Positions 20,155-34,200 of a stretch of DNA of 61,067 bases are shown one piece after another. Every line of letters starts with the position of its first letter. Position 1 is the stretch's first letter. Under the pieces are notes generated by a model. The model was not told the origin of the DNA, made no database searches, and worked only from the letters and a program-made list of their open reading frames with translations. A program made the position numbers and the translations under genes. The DNA is from a virus (taxonomy: Duplodnaviria > Caudoviricetes), in the IMG/VR virus record IMGVR_UViG_3300042907_000531, positions 1-61,067 of that record; one strand, written 5' to 3'.

Positions 20155-21122
20155 TGTTAAACCAAAATAAATTACAAAAATTATTTGAAATAGCTACAGG
20201 ACGTATGCCAGAACAACAACGACTTACTGAAGCTAAACAAAAAGTAAGTGGACTTGATAGAACTAAAAAACGAAAACAAATCTTTAATAGTCTATTTAAA
20301 GATCCATTAACGGCTTTCGAGCGTTGGTATCAAGACTCCCTAAAGGATGTTAATTCAAACAACGTCGATGAGTTTTGGGGAGACGCTGAAACAAGTTTTC
20401 CGGGTAGCCCAGAGCAAGCAAAAGATTGGTTACGTTCTAATGTTAGTAGACCTCAGGATGCTTCTAATAAGGAGTTTACACTTAGAAATACAATGTCTAA
20501 GTCGCCACGTTGGTTACAACAAGAATTATCTCCAGAGTTAGCAGATACCGAACAGATAGTAGCTTCGCAAAACCTAAGTAAGTCTCAGCTAACCTATAGA
20601 AAAGTATTACAGGATAAGATAAATAAGTTTGATTTTTCTGCTTTAGACCAAGATGTCCCGGCTGAAATACATGTTGATGATATGTTAAAGCTTGAGATGA
20701 TGGGTATTCTAGATACAGCATCCGTTATAGATGGTCGTTTTGTTACTCTTAATAAAGATGGAACAATTCAACCAGCCTTTGCTTTAGGTAATTCTGACGA
20801 AGCTGGTGGACTTGGACTTGGACCAGAAACAGAAATTGTCACAAAGATGGCCAAACCCCTATTTGAAAAGGCTGTTGTTTCAGGTCTAGATACTAGTACT
20901 TCTATGCAAGCATTAAATAACAAAGCTGTTATGGGTGTTGGTTTAAAAATGTTACCAGATATGGATATCTCAGAGTGGTCTACTGTTTTAGGGACAATGC
21001 CAAAAGAAGAAATACGTGGAGCTATTCAAACAGGGTTTAATAAAAAAGCAGATATTGATCCCTTCGCATCAAATGAAGATGTACTAGCGGATACTCTTTC
21101 TATACAGGAATTCTTACAATGA
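20154..21122 (+). CDS. Hypothetical protein in internal virion cluster
   Basis: Coupled 322-aa ORF. Confidence 0.7.
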   Translation: MLNQNKLQKLFEIATGRMPEQQRLTEAKQKVSGLDRTKKRKQIFNSLFKDPLTAFERWYQDSLKDVNSNNVDEFWGDAETSFPGSPEQAKDWLRSNVSRPQDASNKEFTLRNTMSKSPRWLQQELSPELADTEQIVASQNLSKSQLTYRKVLQDKINKFDFSALDQDVPAEIHVDDMLKLEMMGILDTASVIDGRFVTLNKDGTIQPAFALGNSDEAGGLGLGPETEIVTKMAKPLFEKAVVSGLDTSTSMQALNNKAVMGVGLKMLPDMDISEWSTVLGTMPKEEIRGAIQTGFNKKADIDPFASNEDVLADTLSIQEFLQ

Positions 21123-24100
21123 TTGAAATGCAAGGTCCGGGTGTATTTTTAAATCCACCCAATAAACCCATATATCAAGAGACACAAACAATACTACCAA
21201 ATGTTGTAGTTGGTGTTGGTCAGGGTGTTGATTGGGGAGCTATTGGTCAATCAGCTTCTCAACTAGGAACTACTCTAGTTGAATACAATATAGATGAAAA
21301 AAGAAAAAAGAAGATGCGGTTACTAGATGATTTAGAAGCTAAAACTAAAAATCAAATTGATTCTGCAGCTTCTATTAATGATTTTGATTCTGTAGATGTG
21401 CTAACTTCTGAGTATAAAAATCAAGTAAAAAATATTGTTGGTTATGATATTGAATCTGATGGCGGTGGACAGACAAGTTCAGTACTTTTAGAAAAGGCTA
21501 GAGAAGTATCTTATGGCTTTGATTTATATCGTCAAAAGGCCAGAAGAGAAACATCTGATGATGTACAACTAGCCGCTTATCGCGATGATAGTTTAACATT
21601 TCAAGAACAACTTCAAAATATTGATGATATTACTACCTTTGAATCTACCGTAAAAGATAGAGAAACACAACTACATCAAATGATTGAGGACAGCAAAAAC
21701 GCACCTCAAACACTAGGACAGATGGCTTATACTGCTTCCATTCGAAAGGATCTATTAGATCTAAATGATTCAGCGAAAAGGGTTAAAGAAGCTAATGTTA
21801 AAACAATAACAGAAGCTAGCGAGAGTAAGAGAAAAGCTGATCTTGGTATTATTCTAAATTTAACCAATTCAATTTCACAAGAATATGCTAATGTTGCTGA
21901 CTTACAAAAACAAATTGATAGTGCTAAAGATGGTGGATTAGAAGCCGATACTGAATTAGTAACTAGGCTTACTATTGAATTAAACTCAAAACTAGATACT
22001 ATTGATGGTTTTCGTACTACAGTAGACGAACAAAAAAACAACTATGCCAAGACTTACTATAATGCAGGGTGGTCAAAGGACCTTGCTGTAAGATACTTAG
22101 GTAAAGAAGATTACAATACTATATTAAATGAACAGGAAAAACACGATGAAGCGTTTAATCTTAGATCTGCTGCTCCATTTAGAGTTGCTAGAGAACGGCA
22201 AAAGACAGCCATAAAGAGTATTAATGATAGAGTAGATACCAGTATAGGTTCTGCTTCTGTTCGGATTGCTGCTATTGATCAACTAATAGATGAAGCACCA
22301 ACTGAGCAAGCAAAAGAAAAACTAAGAATAGCTAGAGATAGTATATTTATAGCGTTAGAAAACGAGTTACTATCTACAGTAGAGGGTGGTGTTCCAGCTT
22401 TTACTAAGGATTTAGTTGCGAGTTATTCTGGTTTAAAGGTACTTGGATCTCGCCCACTTCCATATCCAGTGTATTCACAACGATTGGATGGGACTATGGC
22501 AGATGCAATTGAATCCGAGGTTGCATCCTCTAGTAATATCTATAAAGTCTTTCGACCAACAGTTGATAAGTTTAATGCGTTTTTACAAACACGTTTAGAT
22601 GTTAAGGGAGGTAGCAATACGGGAAGATCAACACAACAAGAAAAACAATTAAAATATAAATTTATTTTAAATACGTTATCGCAAAGACTTCCTATTACTG
22701 CTTCCCGAGAAGATATTAATGGAGCTTATAACTCTTATTTGGTGGAGAGTGGTATTAATATCTATGAGCCGGATGGTATTACACTTAAGCCATATACAGA
22801 AATTGTACCACAACTACAAGAAAAGAATATTAAGCTACCACCAAACGGTTTTATGCATACTGATTTCTTTCAAGATATGCTTCAAAACTATTTACGATCA
22901 CAAACTCCTGTAGATTTAAATAAACTATCTAGTGACTTTGTTACACTTTTCTCAAGCCCTGAAAATGCTTGGTATGGTGGATTAACAGGAGCAAGTGATA
23001 TCAACTCAATGACACGCGGTATTGCTGATATGATTGCTGGTGGACTATCTAGACCAGAAACATCGGGTGTAGCAACAGCCATGTTTTTAATGTTTACACC
23101 AAGAAATCAAATAGATACAAATCTTACAGCACTAGCTGCAGCTATGCCACCTAATGATTTTCTATCAGATAAGGAAGTAAGAAACCTTGGTGTTTTAGCA
23201 CGAGCTTATAATGGAAATGGCGATCCAATTTTATTTGCCGCAGCTAGACAAAAAGATATTAGTATTCTTAAAGCTAAAGAACAAACAATAAAACAAGTAA
23301 ACGATACTGACTCAACAAGCGCATTAGTTGGTAGGTATAAGTCAACAGCTAAAGTAAAAGATGTTAACGAGGAATCCAGAACTGAACTTAATAGTATTGT
23401 TTTAAAGCTTAGAGAATCTGTATTTCCTATCTTAGATATTCCGCGAGACGATGAAACACTTAGTCCTACTGACTTTAATCAGAAATACTTACTTGGTAAT
23501 GCTGTTTCTCAAATAACTAAAGATATTATAACAATGTCTCTAGGTCATTACTATGATCTTTTAATAGACCAACCAAATCTAGACGAAAAATCTAGATTTG
23601 AAAAAGTTACTACCCGTATACAAGATGATCTTAATAACGGATATAGAGCTAGTATAGATGGTTTGAGAAAGGTTGTAACACCAAATGTTAAACAACAATC
23701 ACTAAGCTCTACCATGATTGCTGGATCTAATATTGATTTACCGGGTATTGAAAACAGAGGACAGTATGTACTTAATACCATGCTGGCTTCTGATTGGGAT
23801 CATAATGGATCTGATCACACTGTCTGGAATCAATTTGGTATGGTTACCCGTCCACCAGATACAGATAGACCAACAGCATTAGCTCTGTCTATTTCTGCTA
23901 GTAATGGAACAGACATCTCAAGTATTCCGGGAGATAGATCTTTTAATCTTATGGCCATTGCGGAAGCGGCTGTTGGTGATAAAAAAGATAACAGAACAAT
24001 GTTAATTGCTCAAGCTGCAATTAGAGATCTAAAAAACCCAACCACACTAGCTGATGCAATAAACCAAGTTAGAACAAGAATGGCCAGTTATAAAAGTGGA

Positions 24101-25228
24101 TTAGATTCTGGAGAATATAAGTTTTTTGTCACAACAACTACAAGTAATGCAAACAAGAAAGTCGTATCGCCTTTAGTTACGTTACAGAAAAAAGACGGCA
24201 CTCCAGCTTCTTCCATGCAATTAACGCCTCTACGAGAACCACTTAAAGGTACATCAGTACACAGAGAAACTTTCAAGAGTGTTTCTAAAGAACAATTCAA
24301 TACGTGGGCTGTGAAGCAAATCAACAATGGAACAATAAACCATACCAGTGTTATTGATTACTTAACAATTCATAATATCAATCAGCAGACCTTTAGTGAA
24401 ACAATGCAAGTTGTAATAACTGCTGATGATCTTCCATACCCTTTTATAGCTATACCAACAAGTATTCCAAATGAAGATTATACATATGAGTTCGAAGAAT
24501 ACTTAGGAAAAAAGCAATGGTATGTGACACAAGATGGTGGACAAAGAGTTGCACTTACATCTTCATTTGATACTTCTGACTTACAACCAGTAGGTAAGAA
24601 GATACCAAGTATGTTAGATAAGGTGGTAGGAATCTTTTCACCGACTCCAGACAGCACTGGTATTACATCTGATGGTATTATAGATCGTAAAAGAGTTGTA
24701 ACTACTGTTGCTGGAAAACCAATAGTATTGTCTTATTCAAAACCAACCCTAAGTGATAAGTGGAGTTTAGAGACCACATCTCCAAACGTCACCGAAAAAG
24801 AAATAACAACTGGGGTTGTGGACATGAAAGAAACATATGTTAGTGGTGGTGATGAAGTTGTACGTCTAAAGTATGTAAAACCATCCTCCTCTAAAACTTG
24901 GATTTTAATCGAAGGACCATCTTCAGAAAACGTTACTGATTCTTTTACGGGACGTTTACCAAAAGAAAACAGTATTGTTAAACAAGCACTAGGAATAGAA
25001 GATCCAATTGAACGGTATACTATGATAGCTGGCGAATTACGTCGTCAAGCTATTGCATCTAGCGATAAGACACCAGAAAGCCGTAAAAGAATTTTAGCGG
25101 CTGATAGGTATTTCGATAGAGCTATATCCTTTATGAAGGAACAAAAGAGATTACGTAATGATAGAAAAGATTTATTAACAACTTTCCAAGAGTATGTCTC
25201 TGAGGAAGTAAACCAATTAATTGATTAA
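21119..25228 (+). CDS. Large internal virion protein (gp15-like by position)
   Basis: 1369 aa, largely helical/coiled; synteny only. Confidence 0.6.
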   Translation: MIEMQGPGVFLNPPNKPIYQETQTILPNVVVGVGQGVDWGAIGQSASQLGTTLVEYNIDEKRKKKMRLLDDLEAKTKNQIDSAASINDFDSVDVLTSEYKNQVKNIVGYDIESDGGGQTSSVLLEKAREVSYGFDLYRQKARRETSDDVQLAAYRDDSLTFQEQLQNIDDITTFESTVKDRETQLHQMIEDSKNAPQTLGQMAYTASIRKDLLDLNDSAKRVKEANVKTITEASESKRKADLGIILNLTNSISQEYANVADLQKQIDSAKDGGLEADTELVTRLTIELNSKLDTIDGFRTTVDEQKNNYAKTYYNAGWSKDLAVRYLGKEDYNTILNEQEKHDEAFNLRSAAPFRVARERQKTAIKSINDRVDTSIGSASVRIAAIDQLIDEAPTEQAKEKLRIARDSIFIALENELLSTVEGGVPAFTKDLVASYSGLKVLGSRPLPYPVYSQRLDGTMADAIESEVASSSNIYKVFRPTVDKFNAFLQTRLDVKGGSNTGRSTQQEKQLKYKFILNTLSQRLPITASREDINGAYNSYLVESGINIYEPDGITLKPYTEIVPQLQEKNIKLPPNGFMHTDFFQDMLQNYLRSQTPVDLNKLSSDFVTLFSSPENAWYGGLTGASDINSMTRGIADMIAGGLSRPETSGVATAMFLMFTPRNQIDTNLTALAAAMPPNDFLSDKEVRNLGVLARAYNGNGDPILFAAARQKDISILKAKEQTIKQVNDTDSTSALVGRYKSTAKVKDVNEESRTELNSIVLKLRESVFPILDIPRDDETLSPTDFNQKYLLGNAVSQITKDIITMSLGHYYDLLIDQPNLDEKSRFEKVTTRIQDDLNNGYRASIDGLRKVVTPNVKQQSLSSTMIAGSNIDLPGIENRGQYVLNTMLASDWDHNGSDHTVWNQFGMVTRPPDTDRPTALALSISASNGTDISSIPGDRSFNLMAIAEAAVGDKKDNRTMLIAQAAIRDLKNPTTLADAINQVRTRMASYKSGLDSGEYKFFVTTTTSNANKKVVSPLVTLQKKDGTPASSMQLTPLREPLKGTSVHRETFKSVSKEQFNTWAVKQINNGTINHTSVIDYLTIHNINQQTFSETMQVVITADDLPYPFIAIPTSIPNEDYTYEFEEYLGKKQWYVTQDGGQRVALTSSFDTSDLQPVGKKIPSMLDKVVGIFSPTPDSTGITSDGIIDRKRVVTTVAGKPIVLSYSKPTLSDKWSLETTSPNVTEKEITTGVVDMKETYVSGGDEVVRLKYVKPSSSKTWILIEGPSSENVTDSFTGRLPKENSIVKQALGIEDPIERYTMIAGELRRQAIASSDKTPESRKRILAADRYFDRAISFMKEQKRLRNDRKDLLTTFQEYVSEEVNQLID

Positions 25229-25233
25229 CAAGG

Positions 25234-25257
25234 AGGGGGGGTCGAAAGATCCCCCCT
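25234..25257 (+). terminator. GC-rich hairpin (terminator or processing site)
   Basis: AGGGGGGGTC-GAAA-GATCCCCCCT; weak T tail. Confidence 0.55.
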
Positions 25258-25275
25258 TAACTTATAAGGATTTAT

Positions 25276-28200
25276 ATGATATCTGATCTGAATAAAGTTC
25301 TCGACGAAGCATCACAACCGCTTCGTCCTTCGAACGTGTATTTTTCGTCAGCCACAACTCCAACTACTCAATATAGTGGAGAGAAACCAGATTTAAATGA
25401 ACAACGTATTTACAATGAAAGGGTTCAACTCGGTCTTTTAAGCCCTACCTTTCTTAATGGTAAATGGAATATAGCTGAAACTAACCTTACACGCGAGGAA
25501 ATTGGTGATCAAGCTTTAGCTTATACAATCGGTAACGGTAGTAGGGGTTGGGGTGAAGCTAGTATTCAAAACGCGAAGAAAATAGCTGATCAATATTATA
25601 ATAAGGGTGACGCAATGTTTACCCACGGTGGGAGAGAGACATCTCACTGGGAACAGTTTGTTGAGGGTTTCAATTTTTTTAATGTGTTCGGAGAAAACCA
25701 ATCTCTTCAAACTGCTGAGGAAATTAAAAAGAAAATACAAACTGTAGATCCTCTATGGACAACCGATAAAAAGATAGATGAGTTAACAGAGTGGAAAAAA
25801 ATTAATCCAGACGTTGATAAATTTCTTTCCTCTGCTGGGATTGACGTACAGGATTATGCCCTCAATACTAGAAACCAAGAAGCTTTCCTCTTTAACATGA
25901 ATGAAGCTGTTCAAAACGCTAGAATGAATATTGGTATGGGGTTATTTGAAAGAGATAATAATACTCTTGAGAAACTTGGTAATAGTTTAGCTGAGGGAAT
26001 TAAAGACCCACTAATGCTTCGCGATGTTGTCCTAACTACCGCCGCAACAGCTGGTCTTGGTCTTATTGCGGGTGTTGCTGGTTTATCAGCAAGAGCATTA
26101 TCTGGTGGTATTGTAGCCGGGGTGAATGCATCTAGATCTATAAGGGGTTTAGAACTTGCTCGAAAAGCTGCAAACGCTGCTGCCCTCGCTACTGGACCAA
26201 TGACTGGATTAGTTGAAGGTCCAGCCTATGCCGCTATTCGTTCTATTATACCAGCTACTGGTCGATCTGTTACTTCTACACTAGCAGCTAGGGGTTTGGC
26301 TCTTGGTTTAGAGGGTGGAGTTGCTGGAGCTGTCTCATCACTAGCTGATCAAAGATCAGAACATGAGTGGAGATCTTTAGTTTTTCAGGGTGTTGATCCT
26401 GTTCTAAAGTATAATCTGGGTGAAACAGCCCTAGCTGCATTAACTGGATCGCTAGGTTCAGTTGGGCTAGCTACAGCCTTCCGTTTTGGTTTGGGTTCAA
26501 TTGGCGATTATAAGTATTACAAGACCGGAGATTGGGATAGCTTACGTAGACAAGTTACTAATTCTATGGATACGTGGGCAACCACCCGAGATGGTGACAT
26601 TGTTTGGGGCAATACCCTAAGCGATGGTCGTGGTATGTTCTTTGGTAATGTTATTGATAACTTTATGAAGAATTACGATGGTAGGGATTTTACCAACGTA
26701 ATGTTAAATGGGTCTAGACTCTTTGGTAAGTTTAATCCACGTATTGCTGGAAAAATGAAACTAGATGTAACTAAGGTCTTACCAGTTATTGAAGAGTTTG
26801 AAAAAGCAACAGGAATTGCAGGAGAAGCAGCAATGCTTCGGGTAGATGGAGTTGCTCCTGAAACCAGAAGAGTGTTTGATCTTATCCTCAATGAAAAAAA
26901 CTTAGACGACGCTAACCTTTCTCTTGCTGATGTCAGAAACGTTTTAACAGACTACAACCTTACTCGTTCTAAGGAACTAGTGGGACCAAGACCAACCACA
27001 GCAGTGGAAGGTGTACTTGCTACCATTTCAACCGCGACTAAACAGGTTGATATTGCAAATCAAATTCATCGTCTTATTGGAGCAAAGAGTTTAGATCGCA
27101 AGTTAGAAACAATTGGTATACAATCATCAGATGTAATTAACAACGCGGAAGCAACACTAGGTCGTTCTATAAACTTATCGGATGATGTTGACTTTGGTAA
27201 CTTTGTTGTAGCGGCTAAATATGCTGCTGCCTCAGTTGACGAAGCTCAGGTTGTCGGAACACTAAAGAGAATTCTTAGTGGAGATTTTGGCGGTGGTCGT
27301 ACCATTCCACGAGAAGTAGTTCAATCTATTTTTGCTAATGCGTTTGGTACTAAGCCCTTAATCATTACAGCTTCTGGTTCTAATAAGAACTTTGCTGTAT
27401 CGGTAGATCCAACTATTGGAGAAGTCTTTAGTACTAAACGTACTTTAAAGGTTGGACCTAATGGTAAGTTAGAGATTGAATTAAGAGCTGATGATCCAAC
27501 CTTAAAGTTCTTTACTACAGATAGTATAAGACTAGACACAGAAACATTTAAAACTAAACTAGCTGATTTAAACGATAAGTTAAATACAGTTTGGAATACC
27601 AGCGTAAAGAAAAAGATTAAAGATACAATTGATACCGTTAAGGATATTAAATCAAAAGAAACACTTACTGATTCATTTGCAAGTGGTAAGAGTGTAACAG
27701 TTGATAACATTAAAAAGATCTTTAAACTAACAACGACTGAGGCTACAACCGCAAAAATTATTATGGATTCCTTGGGGTATAGTGGCGATTCGAGCATACT
27801 TCGTATTGCTAAGTTAGCAGCAGATGATCGAAATGCTGAGATTGTATTCGAAGGAACAACAGCTCTGATAAGAGCTACAACATCATCTGATTTAGGTACT
27901 GTAACACATGAGATGTCTCACTACTTACAGGTTATGGTTCTTGATAATTTAGATTCCGAAGCTAGACAAGCCATAGGTATTACAGATGATATGTGGGTTA
28001 AATTTAAAGATTGGGTTGGGTTCACTGGCGATGAGTGGTCTGAGAAGGCCGCAGAAAAGTTTGCAAATGGTATGTCTCAATATGTTAGACGTATTATGGC
28101 TGGTGATGGTCGCGCCCCAGCAACCCAAATTCAAAGGTTGTTTCATCGTATTGGTGATCACCTTGGTGATCTAGGAGAACGATTTAAATCACAAGATGGT

Positions 28201-31200
28201 CTTGAAGCTGGTCTTATTATTTCGGCAGAAGCTGAAAGTGTGTTTGAAGCTTTATTAAATAGATCTAATGATAAGATTGGCGAGTTGTTTGATAGTGCCT
28301 ATCAGGGTCTCTTTCAACGATTATCTAAAGAGAAAAGACAGGCTATTGGTAAAGATATTTTAGGTCAAGCCGCTTTTAGTGATTATCTTGCAAAGAGAGA
28401 ACTCAAACATGAAGCATCTACAAAGGTTATTGATCCGCTTGCTAAAGCGTCGTCTATTAAGTCAGAATCAACCACAGCCATAATTAATAGTATTTATGAT
28501 AACCTTAAGAAATCTGTTACACGAAAAGCAGTTAAAGAAGCTATTACACTTGCTGGTTATACAAAAGAAGAATACATTAAAGATGTAACAACTCTTTTAA
28601 ATAACACTATTGGACAAAAGAATATAACGGCAACTAAACCAGCTCGTCTTGATTCAGCATCAAAACTAGGTGATGATGAATTAGTTGATCTATATTTTGA
28701 TTTATTTTTAGCTGGTTCAACTGACGAATCCTTAAACTATATCAGCGTTATTATTGACACAGAACCTACGCTTATAGTAAAAAGTCGTGGTACTAAAACT
28801 GAAGAAGATTTATTAAAAGAAACAGGATCAACTCCTACAGAACTAGGTGGTAAGATTCCTTCAGATCCAGCATGGATTCTAACCTCGCGTAATGAAAAGA
28901 AAAAAACTTATAGCAAAGACGCATTACTAACGGAAATAAATAAAAGAAAAGATACTGGTATAACTAAACTAGACAAAAGTTTAACAGTCTCTAGTGAACT
29001 TACAGCAGCTCTTGATGAGCTATTTAAGGAAACGGGATTCGTTGACTCGGTTGGTATTCCAGTTAGTCTTACACCAACAGAAAAAATTGTAGTTGAACGA
29101 ACAGCCGCAGCTGTGGAAGCATCGCGACACGCTAGCGATCATATGGCAGCTGTTACTACCGCACTTAGCGAAGATAGGCTATTAGATGCAGCTTTGGCTG
29201 AACGTGCCGAAGTAATTCTTCCAACCGTAATTAATGTGGAAGCAATCCCAACAGATTTAACAGCTAGTCTAACTGCTCTCGGAACGGTGGGAGACACAGC
29301 TAAAGAAGAAGCAACTAGATTAAAGTCATCAATTTCTGTAGCTGAGGTTAAAGAAGTTAAGAATATCGTAGCAGCTGTTGTAGCTAAAACAACAAAATCA
29401 AAACAGTTATTAGACACATACTTAGAAGTTACCGAGAATCAGATTGCTAAGGATTATCTTAAAGCAGAGCTTCGATCACAGATTACAACACTTACAATTG
29501 AAGGCATTGCTGGTTTAGATTCTAATCAATTTAAACGGTTTATCGAACTAGAGGCAATTATTTCTGCTCTTCCATCAGACACAAGAGAAACACTTGCTAT
29601 AGAACAAGCACTTGATCGTGTGCAACAAGACTCCTCTAATGATGCCATGAACCAAGCTATTAGTGTAACTAAGTGGACTAAGCAAGATATTAGTTTATAT
29701 GTTACAGGTAGGTTTCATAGAACAAACGGTTCATTAGTATCAGAATTTATAGATGCTAAGAAATATGTAGAGACTAATATTGTAGCGTATAAGAAACTAA
29801 TAAAAGAAATTATTGATTTAGAATCAACCTATAACGCAGCAGTAACGAAACTTAAGGAAGCTGGTGATATTCTTTCGGTGATCGAAAAGAATAAACTTAC
29901 GGAAATTACTAAATCATTTATTAGTAAGAAGGCACAAATAGGTAAGTTTGAAGCTGCAACGAAAAGACTTAAGCTAGGCGTACTTCGTTCATCTATTACT
30001 GATGTAACAGAAGCCGATCTTATGTTAAAGTCCTCTATTGTTACGTTAAAGACAGAGTGGCTACAGGTGGATAAGGTTGGATCTAAACTAGCAAACCTTA
30101 TTATGGGTAAGTTAGATAATGCTGATTTCCAAGATATTCTAATAACACTAGATAAGAATATAAATAAATTAGTTGATAAGGTTGTGTTTGATGGAGAACC
30201 AACCACAAAACTTTCTCTAGCTGAGTTTAATATAATGACTCCACTAGATAAAGCGGAAGCATGGTCTCGTGGTAATATTAAATCAAACGCTGCTTCTGCC
30301 TTTGTTAAAACAGTAATCAATAATTTAGAACTCAATGCTAAGAGACGTTTAGAGGGAACTAAAAAGGGTGTTCTTACTGGCGATGTAGAGCTTGGTGAAA
30401 AACGAGCGGTTAGTTTAATTGAATCATCTAAGGCTGTTACTAAGACAGAAACAAAAGCAGATAGAGAAGATTTTTACTATAAGCTTGAAGAAGAAGTAAC
30501 ATCATTACGATATGTAGCTTCTCTGTTTTATCAACATCTTGTAGAGACGGATCAAGAAGAATTATCGAAAGTCTTTATGGCGCGTAAACAAGCCATGACA
30601 TCTAGGGGTGAGGTTCTAGCTTCAACTGCTCGTGTTCTAGAAAACTTCGGTATTACTATGACAACGAGTACAGTAAAGAATCGTATATCTAAACTGTCAG
30701 ATGCATTCGAAGATTTCGTTTCTACTCTTCCAGAAGTAGAAGCTACTTCTCTTAAGGCGAAGTTTAGATTCGAAAAAAAGAAAAAGACACTTGCTCAACG
30801 TCTAACAAAAGAAATGACTGATGATGAACTAGATGAATTGGATTCTCTATTTGCTTCAATTCAACCCGGAGAATCATTAGTAGCTCCTGAGTTCTTACGT
30901 ACACTTATAGAAGAATCAACCTCTAGTCTATATCGTAATATTGCAGATGGTTCAGTCTCAAGTGCCGGGGAAGCCCTACAACAGTTGGCTGAAAGTACTA
31001 CATCTAAGTATGCTACACTTGCACAACAATTATTAGAATCACGCGGTGATGTATTAAATAACATTGGTTTACATCTAGCTCTATATGCTAAGGATGATTT
31101 AACTGATGGTGAATTTGTTGGTAACAACATATTTTTAAACGCACGATTTGGTAAGATTAATGTTGTTGTGTTGTTACATGAAATTATTCATGCTATCACA

Positions 31201-34200
31201 AGTAGAGATCTTGATCGCTATGGGTTTGATGATGCAGCTGGTTCTGTTGCGTACTTAGCTACTTTAAATAAATCAATTGAAAGTGGTGTTGGTCCAAACG
31301 GAACTAAGTTAAGTAAGGGTGCTCGTTCTATTATTCAGTCTTATCTTCAAACTATAGACTGGATTGAAACGACACCCAGAGCAATGGATTTACTTGGTAT
31401 TGATTTCAAGGAAAAACTAATTGGTCAAACTGTATCTCAACCTGAAACATCAGCTCATTATGCTATATCAAATATACATGAGTTTGTTGCTGTTGCTCTT
31501 ACTGATGTATCTGTATTAGGATTCTTTGGTGCTGTTCCTGGTTTAACAGGCAGACAATCAAAACCAATTACTGGTATGATTAGGGGAATTGCTGAAAGTA
31601 TCTGGCCTACGCTTCCAGAAAATAAACTTATTCAGCGGATTGATTATTTACGAAAGCAAGTAACAGCTGGTTTAGTAACTGGAGCATTAACAACTAAGAT
31701 AGATATACCAGATCCTGTTGATATTCTTCTTCCGCCGCTTATGCCGGGTACAACCCCGTTTAGGGTTTTTGGTGAAGAAGTATTTAAAACTCAAGGTCTA
31801 GATGTAGCAGATCTACTTAGATCAAATCTAAAGTCAGCCAAGGGTAGAGTATATGCTCAACTTCGAGCTGTAAATCTTCAGGAACAGTTATCCGAATCAG
31901 CTAGAGCTTCAGGTGCAGATGCAACTAAGTTTGAAACTAAGCTTTCTGAATTAATTGATTCAGCTGAAGTACGGAGACGTAATCTCTTAGCAGCTGGACT
32001 CCATGAAGAAATGGAGCCAGAGGATCTTGAAATTATTCAAAGTATGATAAATGGAACAAAAGCGTTTACTCAACGTAGTGCTGATCACCTTACTCGTAGA
32101 GTTGGTGGAAGACCACCATCCGTCAACATAACTTCCAAGTTTGTTGGTAAGTCTTATAGAGATCTTACAGACGATGAACGTAGATCTTTTGTATCTGATG
32201 TTCTTCTTCCTACAGTAGAAAATAAGATGGGTAAGCGTAATCGTAGTGCTGGTATATATTCTATGATAACAGACTCTACAGTCGGTAAGTCTGTAAACTC
32301 TCTTATTGGTGGCGGTGCTGCCTATGGCGATACAGCAGATGCTGACTCTTTATTACTACAATTCTTTTCCAAGATTTATGATCCTCTAATGGACTTACGT
32401 GATGGTGAGTTATCCGGTGTGTTTGAATTATTCTCTGTTGACCTTGTTAATGCTGAAACCAATAACATGTATAGTAGGGCTGGTCTATTAAACATACAGC
32501 GTAAGATTACAACACAGGTCTCAAATACAGCAGAGTTAGAACAACTCTACGAAAAGGCTTGGATGTATCTTAGTAAGCTTTCTGAATTACCGAATGGATT
32601 ACCACATAGAGAACTTATTGTAGAACTAATTAAGGGTGTTCATAAGTATAATGAAGTTATTGGAGAAACCCTAAATAAATATGGTTTCTTAGCTGATCCT
32701 ATGAATCCAACGGAATATGGTACAATACATAAAGTTAATATGCTTGCGTTTGAGGAGCAGAAGCAATTTGTTGATGCTCTTGTAAAACATGCTTTAATTA
32801 AAGAACGAGATAGTAAAGAACTATCTATTGTAACTATGGATGCATTAGGTTGGATTAAACTTGTTAGAGATCCTGATAGTGATACCATTGTCTCTGTAAC
32901 GGTTACTGATGAATCTCCTTTAGTTGATTTTGTTGGTACTTATGATTACTCAAAATTTAAACAACTAGCACTTAAGAAAAACCTAAAGCCAGAGTTATTA
33001 TCGGTTTATGAAAACGGTTTAATCTCTTCACGTGATTACAAGAACTGGGATATCTATAAGTCACGCGGAGATAGTTATACAGCTATCCAGCACACAATGA
33101 CTGTAGCTAAGAATAACTATCTTAATATCGAAGCAGCTGAATCACGTGGTGGTAAGCCACGTACTGAAAGTATTGGTGCTGGTCGTGAAATGGATATCTC
33201 TAGAATTCTATCTCATTCTGAGATTACCAACAATCCAGAATTAGCAAAATACTTTGATAAGGATATCTTCGGACTTATTAACCAACAGTTACGAACAAAT
33301 GTAACAGAAGCTGTAATGACAAAATATATTACAGAAACGTTTGGTCTTAAAATGTCTTGGTTAGATCTTATTGAGGTTTCCAAAAAGCATGGAGAAGCTA
33401 GTCGCGGTCAACTTACAAAGAGTGAGCAAGACTCACTTAATCGTGGGTATGATCGAATTAAAACAATCTGGGAAGCTAATACGGGTAAGATGCTAAGTAG
33501 TAGAGATGGTCTGGATCGTCATTATAGATCCTTATTAGAGAATGGTTCAAGACCTTTAGTATTAGCAGCAAGCGGTTTACGTGCTGCCTTAACATCTACA
33601 GGTGAAACCGTAAGAGCTATTCTACAAAGTAACCATAACCGTGGAATGCTCCGACAAGTATTACCTAACTTTATTCAAACACTAAAGTTATTTAGTCGCG
33701 ATAAGAGACAGACAATCCAACAGGTAGCTTCAGCCACTCACTGGATTAGAGGGCTATCATCTGACCACCTATTACTACGTGCAGAAATGAATCCAAACAA
33801 TCCCTTTGGTGGGACTATTATGGGTGCTAGACGTGGTGGCTGGTTCAAGGACTTGGCTGCAGCTTGGGCTGGTGTTAAGGAACGAAACAAGTTAGAGGAC
33901 TCTATTGTTGGTAAAGCAGCTAATTATTTATCTGTACCAGCAAGTAAGTTAGGTTCTCCACTAGCTTTCGTAAACGATATTACTACAACGCTTCATGTTC
34001 AGAACTTACAATACAACCTAACTCAAAATTCTAAGAAGTTTTTAGCTTTAGCTAATCTCTTAAAGGATGGTGGTACAGATTCATTATCTGGTTTTAGTGA
34101 GTTAGCTACTAAGGTTGGATTATCTCCTAAGGAAGCTATTGACTTATCTTCTATGGGTCTTCTAGATCCCAAGAGAATTGAAGTAATGATTGAAGCTGCT

